Assembly (NCBI GenBank): GCA_002687895.1
Contig: NZBL01000003.1
Location: 20,821-84,820 of the forward strand
Reading direction: 5' to 3'
From: a bacterium
GTDB lineage: Bacteria; Patescibacteriota; Patescibacteriia; UBA2169
DNA: 64,000 bases
Positions within the stretch are counted from its first letter, which is position 1, and every line of letters begins with the position of its first letter. Below are positions 9,800-18,226 of this stretch, piece by piece. A program made the translations under genes and the position numbers. The notes beneath the pieces were generated by a model. The model saw nothing but the letters and a program-made list of their open reading frames with translations, searched no databases and was not told where the DNA came from.

Positions 9800-10268
9800 C
9801 TAATTTGCCTTTTGTGATTTCACTTACTCTATCTATGATCAAAACTCCGTCCATGTGATCAATCTCATGCTGGAGAACGCGAGCAAAAAGATTGGTTGCC
9901 TTCAACTTTTGCTCTTGTCCACTACTATCTGTGTAGCGGACTTTTATTTTTTTATGGCGATTCACCATTCCAAATACTTCTGGAATAGATAAGCATCCTT
10001 CTTCCTCTTCAACCATTTCTTTTGAAGCGGAAAATATTTTTGGATTGATAATTATCAAGTGATCTTCCAAAGATTCATCAGCGTCTTTGCTGATTATGGC
10101 GCAACGAACGCTCTTCCCAACCTGAACAGCGGAAATTCCAATGCCTTTTTCATGCTCCATGGTATCAATCATATCTGAACACAATTTTTGAACACCAGAA
10201 ATATCATCAACTTTAACTGATGCTTCACTTAACTTTGGGTTAGGATAAAATACAAGAGGCAGTTTCAT
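9792..10268 (-). CDS. def: Peptide deformylase
   Basis: GIGISAVQVG, EGCLS, QHEIDH motifs. Confidence 0.97.
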   Translation of the reverse strand: MKLPLVFYPNPKLSEASVKVDDISGVQKLCSDMIDTMEHEKGIGISAVQVGKSVRCAIISKDADESLEDHLIIINPKIFSASKEMVEEEEGCLSIPEVFGMVNRHKKIKVRYTDSSGQEQKLKATNLFARVLQHEIDHMDGVLIIDRVSEITKGKLDV

Positions 10269-11944
10269 AATACATTTTCTGGATCGCGATCTATGCTCCA
10301 GTCTTTTGAAAGCTCTTTGAGCATTGATAAATCAGTTTTAGAATTGAATTTTAATACAATTGATAATTTCTTTTTTTTGTCTACAAAAGGGCCTAATATC
10401 TTTACAGAGGAATCTAATTCCTGCTTAAGAATTCTGGCTGCTTGTTCATCATCATAAGGATTATTCTTTTTTCTTCTGTAAGAAAGCTTAATTAAATTTA
10501 CAAATGGGGGATATTGAAGTTCTTTCCTATGCTCTAGCTCATTTTTTATAAATGCATCCACTTCATCATACGCAAACGCGCGCATTATAGAACTATTAGG
10601 AGAATATGACTGCAGAATAAGCTCGCTAAATCCAAGTTCTTGAGCAAGCATTTTCCAATGCTGAAGACGATAATATACTCGTTCCGAGCTTCTGTAGTCT
10701 GGTATGGCAAGCAGTGGTTCTATAGAGCTGAATATTAGCAATCCAAGTGAACCGCGCTTAGAACTCAATTTTAAGCCTTCTAGGATATTAGGAGTTGCAA
10801 CAAGTACATCAAAGTCATTTTTATCAGTGCTAATATTACAATTTTTCAGTGATTTAGTCAATATTTCATATAATGCTTCAACAGACACACCTTTATCAGA
10901 TTTTTCACGCAAGGATAATATGACAACTTTCTTTTGAGCATTGATAGTTTCTTGAACGCGACCCATGGTTTTATCCGCCATAATAGAAAAATCTTTTCTT
11001 GTCATTTCCTGCTCCATATCAATGATTTTGATTTTGAGATTATGACTGCGAGCAGGAGGTAAATTTATATATGATAGAGCCTTGTTTGTGACAATAGAGC
11101 TGGATGAAGTAAAGATTAATTGCGACTTGCTGATGCCTGCGAGCCAGTTAGCCGCAATCCTAGCGTCATATTTTGGATGCTGGTCATACTGCTTAAAATC
11201 ATCGCTTGTGCTTTCAAAGAATATAATAATGCTGTTAGCCTGAATAGGAAGAAATACGCCTTGTCGAGTTGAAAAAATAATATTTGACTTGGCATCTCTT
11301 ATGCTTTTATACGCATTCCAGTACTGTGTCTTATTTAAATCGCTATGAATTGCGGTGCATTTGCCTGAACACAAAATTTGCACAGTAGCTTGCATGGCAT
11401 TAATCATTTCAATGTTCGGAACCAATACAAGCAATTGGCTTTGCGTGTGCTTTGACAGGCGGACAATGAGCCATACAAACGAAGACACGTCGCTGATTGT
11501 GATATGGCTTGCTTGATCTGACAGGGTAGAAGCGAACTGCTCAAGTGCTGGAAGCTGGCTTTTCGCGATTCTGAATTCAGCGTCTGAAGCAAGGGCGTAA
11601 TCTTTAGTAGTAATTTTTTTCTCTGGCGCGTCTGGAACTATCATGCGCGCAACTGATCCGCGAGCTACAAAATAATAATCACTGAATTTTTGAATTAAAT
11701 CCAGCTGGCTGCTGGTTAGGATTGGATTCTCATCCGCGATTGACGCGACAGGACGGGCTCTAAACTTTTTTGATTCTTGAGTTTGGGCCAAAGACAAAAC
11801 AACCCCTGTGGCTTTTTCATGCCTCCAGGGGATTTGTACTAATTGTCCTTCTTTTATCCTGCTAGTAAATTCATCTGGAACAAAGTAGTCAAACACATCA
11901 ACTTTAGAAGGCAGGCGAAGAAGAGGAGTAACTTTTGCTATCAT
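10265..11944 (-). CDS. priA: Primosomal protein N' (PriA)-like protein, degenerate helicase
   Basis: FDYFVP..GQLVQIPW 3'-binding domain, LVLVP, HSDL, STRQGVFLP, PDYRSSER, YPPF; no Walker A or Cys-rich region. Confidence 0.8.
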   Translation of the reverse strand: MIAKVTPLLRLPSKVDVFDYFVPDEFTSRIKEGQLVQIPWRHEKATGVVLSLAQTQESKKFRARPVASIADENPILTSSQLDLIQKFSDYYFVARGSVARMIVPDAPEKKITTKDYALASDAEFRIAKSQLPALEQFASTLSDQASHITISDVSSFVWLIVRLSKHTQSQLLVLVPNIEMINAMQATVQILCSGKCTAIHSDLNKTQYWNAYKSIRDAKSNIIFSTRQGVFLPIQANSIIIFFESTSDDFKQYDQHPKYDARIAANWLAGISKSQLIFTSSSSIVTNKALSYINLPPARSHNLKIKIIDMEQEMTRKDFSIMADKTMGRVQETINAQKKVVILSLREKSDKGVSVEALYEILTKSLKNCNISTDKNDFDVLVATPNILEGLKLSSKRGSLGLLIFSSIEPLLAIPDYRSSERVYYRLQHWKMLAQELGFSELILQSYSPNSSIMRAFAYDEVDAFIKNELEHRKELQYPPFVNLIKLSYRRKKNNPYDDEQAARILKQELDSSVKILGPFVDKKKKLSIVLKFNSKTDLSMLKELSKDWSIDRDPENVL

Positions 11945-12708
11945 ATAAATCTGGCTGCCATCATGCCCACTCCATGCTTTTGCTCATAATTTAAAATATC
12001 AGCCTTATAGTTCATCTTATCAAGCAATCCTAAAACGAGAGCCAAAGTCCTAGCACCACTGATATGAAACGAATTGATTTGAGCAGAACCAAGCTTAAAG
12101 AAAGAAAGTGTATCTTTATCATTTAAATATTTTAATAGTTTTTCGTCTAACTCGCGCGCGTTCTGCAAATTAGCCATATTAGACCGTGAAAGATCTCCTA
12201 AAGAGACTACTGCAACCTTATTGTCGGCTCTCTCAATTACGCTGCGAAGCTTGCTTCCAAATTTATGAAGACTATCTGAACTTTGCTGTGCATATGAAAA
12301 AGGCAGAATATTGTATTTTGCTCCATTGCTTTCTATTTGTATCATAGCTGCGCCAGAAGCAGTGTCAAGATCTGGCTCTGTAATAGATAATATGTCATAT
12401 TCCGTGCATAATGCATGCCTAATTCTGTACGCAAGCTCCAAATCTCCGGAAAACTCCTCTTTTGTCCTAAAATCTCCAAAATTTTCAAATTTTGCGCTGT
12501 GTTTTGGGCTTACATTTAGCAAATAATGGCTGGGCAATCTATTGTTATAAGGGGTAAGAAGAAGTATTGTATTGCATTTTTTCGCATATATATCACTAGC
12601 AATAGATTTTACAGATTCATGCATTTTTTTAAAGTTCTTAAACCTATGCCTGCTTATCTGCGGCAGTAAAAGAGGAGAATGCGGAATATGTGCAACATAT
12701 GACAACAT
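11941..12708 (-). CDS. Memo/LigB-like (AmmeMemoRadiSam protein B / class III extradiol dioxygenase fold) protein
   Basis: HIPHSPLLLP N-terminus, GDLS motif, YEQKHGVG C-terminus; several catalytic His residues appear lost. Confidence 0.7.
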   Translation of the reverse strand: MLSYVAHIPHSPLLLPQISRHRFKNFKKMHESVKSIASDIYAKKCNTILLLTPYNNRLPSHYLLNVSPKHSAKFENFGDFRTKEEFSGDLELAYRIRHALCTEYDILSITEPDLDTASGAAMIQIESNGAKYNILPFSYAQQSSDSLHKFGSKLRSVIERADNKVAVVSLGDLSRSNMANLQNARELDEKLLKYLNDKDTLSFFKLGSAQINSFHISGARTLALVLGLLDKMNYKADILNYEQKHGVGMMAARFI

Positions 12709-12709
12709 A

Positions 12710-14140
12710 TTATTCTATATTATCTCCCAAGATCTCTCCTTCTCCATATGTAACAATCAAATCCAATGGATCGCCAATAGGATGCAGGTCAACTACGCTT
12801 TGAGGCACTTCATGTATATTATCCCATGCATAGCCAAGCTTTTCAAATGCTTCGCCTGAAATGACAGCTCTACGTCTTCCATCTGATATCACATATACAG
12901 CAGAAGATTCAGATGAGGTGATGATGGTTCCGTCTTTAAGCTTAAGTCTGCCAGCGTACCCGTATTGGTTGAGCTCGCCTGGATGAATTGCCAAGGGTTT
13001 TGTGTTTCTAAAATTTAAATCAAGTATTGTGCGATCTATAATTCCTTGCCGCTTTCCATCTTGCACGAAAAATACTGCTCCAGTGGAATTGTCTTGAAGA
13101 AGAGCGCCTGTTGGATATGCAGAGGATAATGTGATGTTGTCTCCTATAATGTATAATTCAAGGTCTTCTTCATTTACCTTTATAACTTCCTCCGGATTAA
13201 ATCCTATTGTGCGAAAAACTTCTTGGGACTCTATTCCGCGAATAGTGTCATCTACTAACAGATAGATGGTTCCATAAGGAGCTTGGAGCAGGGAATAATT
13301 AGCAAACTGAATTGAAGGGCCTATTTCATATGTTTCTAATTCATTTTTGCTGACTTGAATTATGCGCGATGAATCATAGCGAGAATATAGTGCTACACGA
13401 GTCTTAAAAGGCCTGCGATTGCCATTCTGAAGCAGCCACACACCTGGCTCGCCTTTTTCCTGCAAAAGGGTTCCATCAGGATAGTTTCTTACAAAGTACC
13501 TGTTCCATATTCTCCAAAAGTTGAAGTTAGCGCCTATTCTTGATCCGCCTCTGTATGGATTATAGGTATATAATACTGCTGTTGCATTATTAACAGGGGT
13601 AACATTATATCCATCTAAGGTTTTTTTGGTTCTTGCAGGACCCCAGCCAGTAAAAGTTCTGCCTAAGGATTTTAGATCTCTTAGGTATGCTACTCGTACT
13701 TTTTCCGCAAAATCTGATACTTGATTATAAAATCCTTTGAAAGGCGCAAGGCTAGGGTCTGATTTTGAGCATGAATCACAAACCGCAAACCCAGTTGCCC
13801 AGTCTAGTTGATTTTGACTAGGGGATTTGTCTGTAATTAATGATTGCTCCTTTTGAAGCATTGCTAAAATTACTTTTGGGCTTATTTGGTAAATCTGTGA
13901 TTCTTCAAATATAATTTGAGAAGCTGGCTTGCGAACTCCGTCAACAACCTCGGTGAATTGTGCTAAAAAGCTTCCTTTTTGTTCTAAAAACCTTTGTATT
14001 GAGTCCAGTGATAGGGAATTGTAGTCTTCTAACTCAAAGTCAGAAATAATATTATTTTGATTAAAATCAGCAGCACTCACAGATAAGAAAGGTGACAAGC
14101 TAAAGATAAATACAATTATAGACGGCACAATTTTTTTCAT
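12710..14140 (-). CDS. Secreted surface protein, paralog of 38-2245
   Basis: Signal peptide; ILAMLQKEQSLI, DWATGFAVCDSC, NNATAVLYTYNPY; four repeats of the YPDGTLLQ type. Confidence 0.65.
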   Translation of the reverse strand: MKKIVPSIIVFIFSLSPFLSVSAADFNQNNIISDFELEDYNSLSLDSIQRFLEQKGSFLAQFTEVVDGVRKPASQIIFEESQIYQISPKVILAMLQKEQSLITDKSPSQNQLDWATGFAVCDSCSKSDPSLAPFKGFYNQVSDFAEKVRVAYLRDLKSLGRTFTGWGPARTKKTLDGYNVTPVNNATAVLYTYNPYRGGSRIGANFNFWRIWNRYFVRNYPDGTLLQEKGEPGVWLLQNGNRRPFKTRVALYSRYDSSRIIQVSKNELETYEIGPSIQFANYSLLQAPYGTIYLLVDDTIRGIESQEVFRTIGFNPEEVIKVNEEDLELYIIGDNITLSSAYPTGALLQDNSTGAVFFVQDGKRQGIIDRTILDLNFRNTKPLAIHPGELNQYGYAGRLKLKDGTIITSSESSAVYVISDGRRRAVISGEAFEKLGYAWDNIHEVPQSVVDLHPIGDPLDLIVTYGEGEILGDNIE

Positions 14141-14170
14141 GCATTTATTGTACCATAAATTTTTTAGAAT

Positions 14171-14220
14171 AAAAAAAGCGCATATGAGTCTTTTTAACCT
14201 TTCAGGTTGCTCATATGTGC
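14171..14220 (-). terminator. Terminator with long branched loop
   Basis: Minus strand GCACATATGAG...CTCATATGCGC followed by T7. Confidence 0.65.
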
Positions 14221-14265
14221 AATAACGGCTTGACCGTTAATAAATTCCGTGGGTTACCGTGAGCG

Positions 14266-14400
14266 TCACCCGAGCTTGGAATCGTTGGCGGTGGCCGGAA
14301 GGGCCCCATTGACTTCGTCCGTCGTCCTTAATTCTACAAACAAGCTGTTGGGGCCAGCGCGAATAGTCTCACACTCGGCCCTGGAGATGAATTTATTCAT
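14266..14400 (-). CDS. Small GC-richer hypothetical ORF (44 aa), possibly frameshifted
   Basis: SD AAAGGAG; MNKFISRAECETIRAGPNSLFVELRTTDEVNGALPATANDSKLG; own TATAAT promoter and terminator. Confidence 0.5.
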   Translation of the reverse strand: MNKFISRAECETIRAGPNSLFVELRTTDEVNGALPATANDSKLG

Positions 14401-14574
14401 GACAGTTCTCCTTTAAAAGGGAGTTCTGCGGACGGTAAAAGTAGGGGGACGTGAATTAAATGTAAAGGAGCCAATATAATTATACCTTAATTACAATCAC
14501 TACGTTAACTAGCTCTTTCCATAGGAAGCTAGAATATTGTGTATTTTTCTGTAAAGGTATATACTAAAATTACC

Positions 14575-14808
14575 ATGCAAACACAAGCACAAGTTACCAT
14601 CAATTTAGATAAAACACTCAAAGAGAAAGTTCAAAAAAAGGCACGAAAAAAGGGGATAACAATTTCCTCTCTTACGAATTCTTTTTTTAAGGATTTCGTG
14701 GAAAATGAGCAAACGCTTGTTGATAGACTTGAGGAGCGCATGTTTGATAGTGTACTACAATCAACAAAAGTAAAAAAAGAACTCAGTAATCTTGGAAAAT
14801 TACTATGA
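14575..14808 (+). CDS. Putative ribbon-helix-helix antitoxin (RelB/DinJ-like)
   Basis: QVTINLDKTLKEKVQKKARKKGITISSLTNSFFKDFV fits the RHH pattern; ATGA overlap with the next gene. Confidence 0.6.
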   Translation: MQTQAQVTINLDKTLKEKVQKKARKKGITISSLTNSFFKDFVENEQTLVDRLEERMFDSVLQSTKVKKELSNLGKLL

Positions 14809-15167
14809 GTAAGATTCTATTAACTAGATCTTTTACTCAGGAATTATCTAAACTACGAATCACAACAAAACAGGAAATTATTACGGTTATTGTTCAATAT
14901 GAAAAAGGTCTGCCAGTGTTGTTGGATTTATACTCACCAGAAAAAAATATAAAAGTACTCAAAGGATATATTCGTCATAGGAGAGGGGTGCGAATAGCTG
15001 TAGTCTTAGAAATTCAGAAGCACGTTTATGTGCCTTTTTTTATAGCAAAAAAGACAAGTAGAGAAGGCTGGAATCTGAGTAAATATTCCGAAATCTATTT
15101 ATCATCAAAGATTAGACGCGTGTATAGGGATATTAAAAATCAGCTATATGAAAAAATAACAATTTAA
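14805..15167 (+). CDS. Putative RelE/ParE-like toxin
   Basis: Basic 120-aa protein starting KILLTRSFTQELSKL (RelE-like beta-alpha start), coupled to the RHH gene. Confidence 0.5.
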   Translation: MSKILLTRSFTQELSKLRITTKQEIITVIVQYEKGLPVLLDLYSPEKNIKVLKGYIRHRRGVRIAVVLEIQKHVYVPFFIAKKTSREGWNLSKYSEIYLSSKIRRVYRDIKNQLYEKITI

Positions 15168-15172
15168 TTAGT

Positions 15173-16393
15173 ATGCAATCTGTAAACATTCTAGGTATAG
15201 AAATATCTGATATAAGTAAATCTGAAGCACTAGCTCGTGTCAGGAATTACCTAAATAGCAAATATCAGCATTACATAGTTACGCCAAATCCAGAAATAGT
15301 TCTAAAAGCTAAAAATGATCAAAATTTGCGCCTAATTCTGAATCATGCTGATCTTGCCTTGCCAGATGGATTTGGATTAAAGATAGCAGCCAGAATTCTA
15401 GGGCAAAAGCTTCATCATAGAATAACAGGAGCTGATTTTATGGAGTCTATTAGCATGCTAGCTGAATCAGAAGACTGGCCTGTTTTTCTATTGGGAGGCA
15501 TGGACGAAAAAATAGCAGAGCAGGCAGCATGGTATTTGCGGTACAAATACAAAAACCTAAAAATCGTTGGTCATGCAAGCGGTGGTGTGGTAGAATTTAA
15601 GCATGCCAAATGGCAGACATCAGACACAAAGCTGATTGATCATATCAATAAATCCCAAGCAAAAATCATATTTGTGGGATTTGGATGCCCAAAGCAGGAA
15701 AAGTGGATTTATCAGAATCTAGATAAGATTCCTTCTGTTAAGGTGGCCATGACAATTGGAGGGGCTTTAGACTTTTTAGCAGGAGAGCGCAAGCGCGCCA
15801 TATATTTATTGCGCAGGTTAGGATTGGAATGGTTTTGGAGAATGATTACTGAATCATCTCACCTAAAGCGTATTTGGAATGCTACAGCAGTTTTTATTTG
15901 GACATCAATTAAGTGGCGAATAAGAATGTTTAAATACCGCGAAAACGCCGCAGCATTCATTGTAAACAGCAAAGATGAAATATTTTTAATAAAGCGGGCA
16001 GACACAAAAGATGATCACTGGCAAATGCCCCAAGGCGGTGTAGATTCCAACGAAACCCCAGAGCAGGCCGCAATACGTGAAGCAAAAGAGGAAACTGGAA
16101 TGCGGAATTTAGAAATAATCGGACTTCATCCAGATCACCATGCTTATGAATTTCCATCTAATTGGCATAAATTCAACAATGGATACAAGGGCCAAAGACA
16201 GAATATTTTTTATTTAAAATATAAGGGTGATAATTCTGATATAAAGCTTGATAATAGGGAAGCAATAGATTATTCATGGGTATATATTGATGATGTGGAA
16301 GACATGGTTTACGAAAGAAGAAAGCAAATGGCCAAGATGGCAGTTGAGGGATATAAACAAATTCAAAATGACAAAGCAGAGCAGCAAAATTAG
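15173..16393 (+). CDS. WecB/TagA/CpsF (GT26) glycosyltransferase fused to an RppH-like Nudix hydrolase
   Basis: IVTPNPEI, DGFG, TGAD, GFGCPKQEKW, LGLEWFWR; then WQMPQGGVDSNETPEQAAIREAKEETG Nudix box and YKGQRQ. Confidence 0.9.
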   Translation: MQSVNILGIEISDISKSEALARVRNYLNSKYQHYIVTPNPEIVLKAKNDQNLRLILNHADLALPDGFGLKIAARILGQKLHHRITGADFMESISMLAESEDWPVFLLGGMDEKIAEQAAWYLRYKYKNLKIVGHASGGVVEFKHAKWQTSDTKLIDHINKSQAKIIFVGFGCPKQEKWIYQNLDKIPSVKVAMTIGGALDFLAGERKRAIYLLRRLGLEWFWRMITESSHLKRIWNATAVFIWTSIKWRIRMFKYRENAAAFIVNSKDEIFLIKRADTKDDHWQMPQGGVDSNETPEQAAIREAKEETGMRNLEIIGLHPDHHAYEFPSNWHKFNNGYKGQRQNIFYLKYKGDNSDIKLDNREAIDYSWVYIDDVEDMVYERRKQMAKMAVEGYKQIQNDKAEQQN

Positions 16394-17885
16394 AACTAGG
16401 TTCGCGCCAAGCCCCACAGGAGCTCCTCATGTGGGCAATATTCGCACTGCTCTTTTTGTGTGGCTGTTTGCCAGGCATAACAAAGGTAATTTTATTCTGC
16501 GTGTAGAAGACACAGATCAATCCAGAGCAGAACAAGGAAGCATAAAATCAATTCTAGAAGCATTGAATTGGCTTGGCTTGGATATAGACGAAGGCATATT
16601 CAAACAAGGACAAGAAAAAGGCGAACATGGGCCATATACGCAGTCAAATAGATTAAAGACTTATCGCGATCATGCTAAAAAGCTAGTGCAAGCTGGCCAT
16701 GCTTTTTATTGCTTTTGCTCGCAAGAACGCTTAGCTGTAATCAGCGAACTTCAAAAACAGGAAAAAAAGCCGCCAAAATATGATGGACAATGTTTGAATT
16801 TAAAGCCAGAAGACGTAAAAAAATGGCTAGCTGAAAAGCGGAGCGCTGTCATTCGCATGAAAGTTCCACAAGAAGGTGAAACATCTTTCAAAGATACTAT
16901 CAAAGGAAATATTACAGTACAAAACAGCACTATTAATTATCAAGTGCTTTTAAAGTCAGATGGATTTCCAACTTATCACTTGGCTAGCGTGGTTGATGAT
17001 TATTTAATGGAGATCTCGCATGTTTTGCGCGCGGACGAGTGGATTGCTTCAACTCCAAAGCATGTTCTGCTTTACCAATATTTTGGATGGGAGCCACCTG
17101 AATTCATACACCTTCCAATTATTCTCGGCCAAGACAAATCAAAGCTGTCCAAGCGACATGGCGCAATATCAATTTTAGATTATAAAAAGCAAGGATATTT
17201 AGCAGATGCTGTTGTGAACTTTTTAGCATTGCTAGGATGGAATCCAAAAACTAATCAAGAAATTTTATCTCGCGATGAATTGATTGAGCAGTTTGATGTC
17301 TCAAAAATAAATAAAAACAGCCCTGTATTTGAGTTGCAAAAGCTTGATTGGATGAACAAGCAATATATTAAAGAAATGAGTGCTGATAAAATCAGAAAGG
17401 CCTTGCATGATATTGATGGATTAAGCGATGAGGCGCTTGTGTTCTTCAATAAGCAGTATAGATTTGATAAGGCCTTGAATCTTATTAAAGACCGCCTTGA
17501 AAAGTTATCTGATTTTGAGGATAGTGTGCGCTTCCTCTGGGATATGCCTGATTATAAGGCAGATATTTTAGTTGGCAAAGGGTTAGACAAAAAACAAACC
17601 AAGCAAAATCTAGAAAAGGCCTTAGAACTTATAGATAGGAGTGATGATTTGCGCCAAATATTTTTAGACCATTGCGATAAAAGCAATATTAAAAGAGGGG
17701 ACATGCTTTGGCCTTTGCGTGTTGCTATAACAGGCATGGAGCATTCTCCAGAGGTTTTTGCTAGTATTGAGATTATTGGTAAGGATGAGTCAAGGGAAAG
17801 AGTGGAAAAAGCGATTGAGAAGGTATCCTTCAAGATGGCGCAAAGGCCTGGGTTAGAGAAAATCCAGGAGAAAGTATTGTGGTAG
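16368..17885 (+). CDS. gltX: Glutamate--tRNA ligase
   Basis: RTRFAPSPTG, HVGN, KLSKR; ATG at 16368; atypical ~20-aa C-terminal tail. Confidence 0.97.
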   Translation: MTKQSSKIRTRFAPSPTGAPHVGNIRTALFVWLFARHNKGNFILRVEDTDQSRAEQGSIKSILEALNWLGLDIDEGIFKQGQEKGEHGPYTQSNRLKTYRDHAKKLVQAGHAFYCFCSQERLAVISELQKQEKKPPKYDGQCLNLKPEDVKKWLAEKRSAVIRMKVPQEGETSFKDTIKGNITVQNSTINYQVLLKSDGFPTYHLASVVDDYLMEISHVLRADEWIASTPKHVLLYQYFGWEPPEFIHLPIILGQDKSKLSKRHGAISILDYKKQGYLADAVVNFLALLGWNPKTNQEILSRDELIEQFDVSKINKNSPVFELQKLDWMNKQYIKEMSADKIRKALHDIDGLSDEALVFFNKQYRFDKALNLIKDRLEKLSDFEDSVRFLWDMPDYKADILVGKGLDKKQTKQNLEKALELIDRSDDLRQIFLDHCDKSNIKRGDMLWPLRVAITGMEHSPEVFASIEIIGKDESRERVEKAIEKVSFKMAQRPGLEKIQEKVLW

Positions 17886-18040
17886 TTGCTTATGATAGAG
17901 ATGCATCAATAAGCCCAAAAGAAGGGAAAAATGTAAATGAAATTTGGACATTTGATATAAAATCATCAACATGGACATCAGAACCAGAAGTTCCAAAAAG
18001 AAATTTGGAAGATGTACTAAAAGAAATATCTGAACAATAA
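17822..18040 (+). pseudogene. Headless 3' gene remnant overlapping the gltX end
   Basis: 72 open codons GILQDGAKAWVRENPGESIVVVAYDRDA...LKEISEQ* in another frame, preceded by an in-frame TGA, followed by a terminator. Confidence 0.5.
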
Positions 18041-18058
18041 TAAATTACCAAAATCAAA

Positions 18059-18105
18059 TAAAAAACAAAGCCCGATCTATTCGCTAGACCGGGCTTTGTT
18101 TTTTT
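18059..18105. terminator. Bidirectional intrinsic terminator (pairing favours the minus strand)
   Basis: AAAAAACAAAGCCCGATCTA-TTCGC-TAGACCGGGCTTTGTTTTTTT. Confidence 0.85.
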
Positions 18106-18226
18106 GGACACTCCGCTAGAAATCTATCGGATTAGGCAGAGGCGATTACCTCAACCATGGCACCATATACTACAAATAATATATTTCGTCAATATTTTGT
18201 ATTTATGCTATAATATGCGTACAAAT

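Noticed and set aside
17800-17830. Programmed -1 frameshift extending GltX into the second frame
   Set aside because: An in-frame TGA lies immediately before the second frame, downstream of the only A-run
18104-18226. N-terminal extension of the M23 ORF from TTG 18104
   Set aside because: The extended -10 at 18206 and the signal peptide point to ATG 18227
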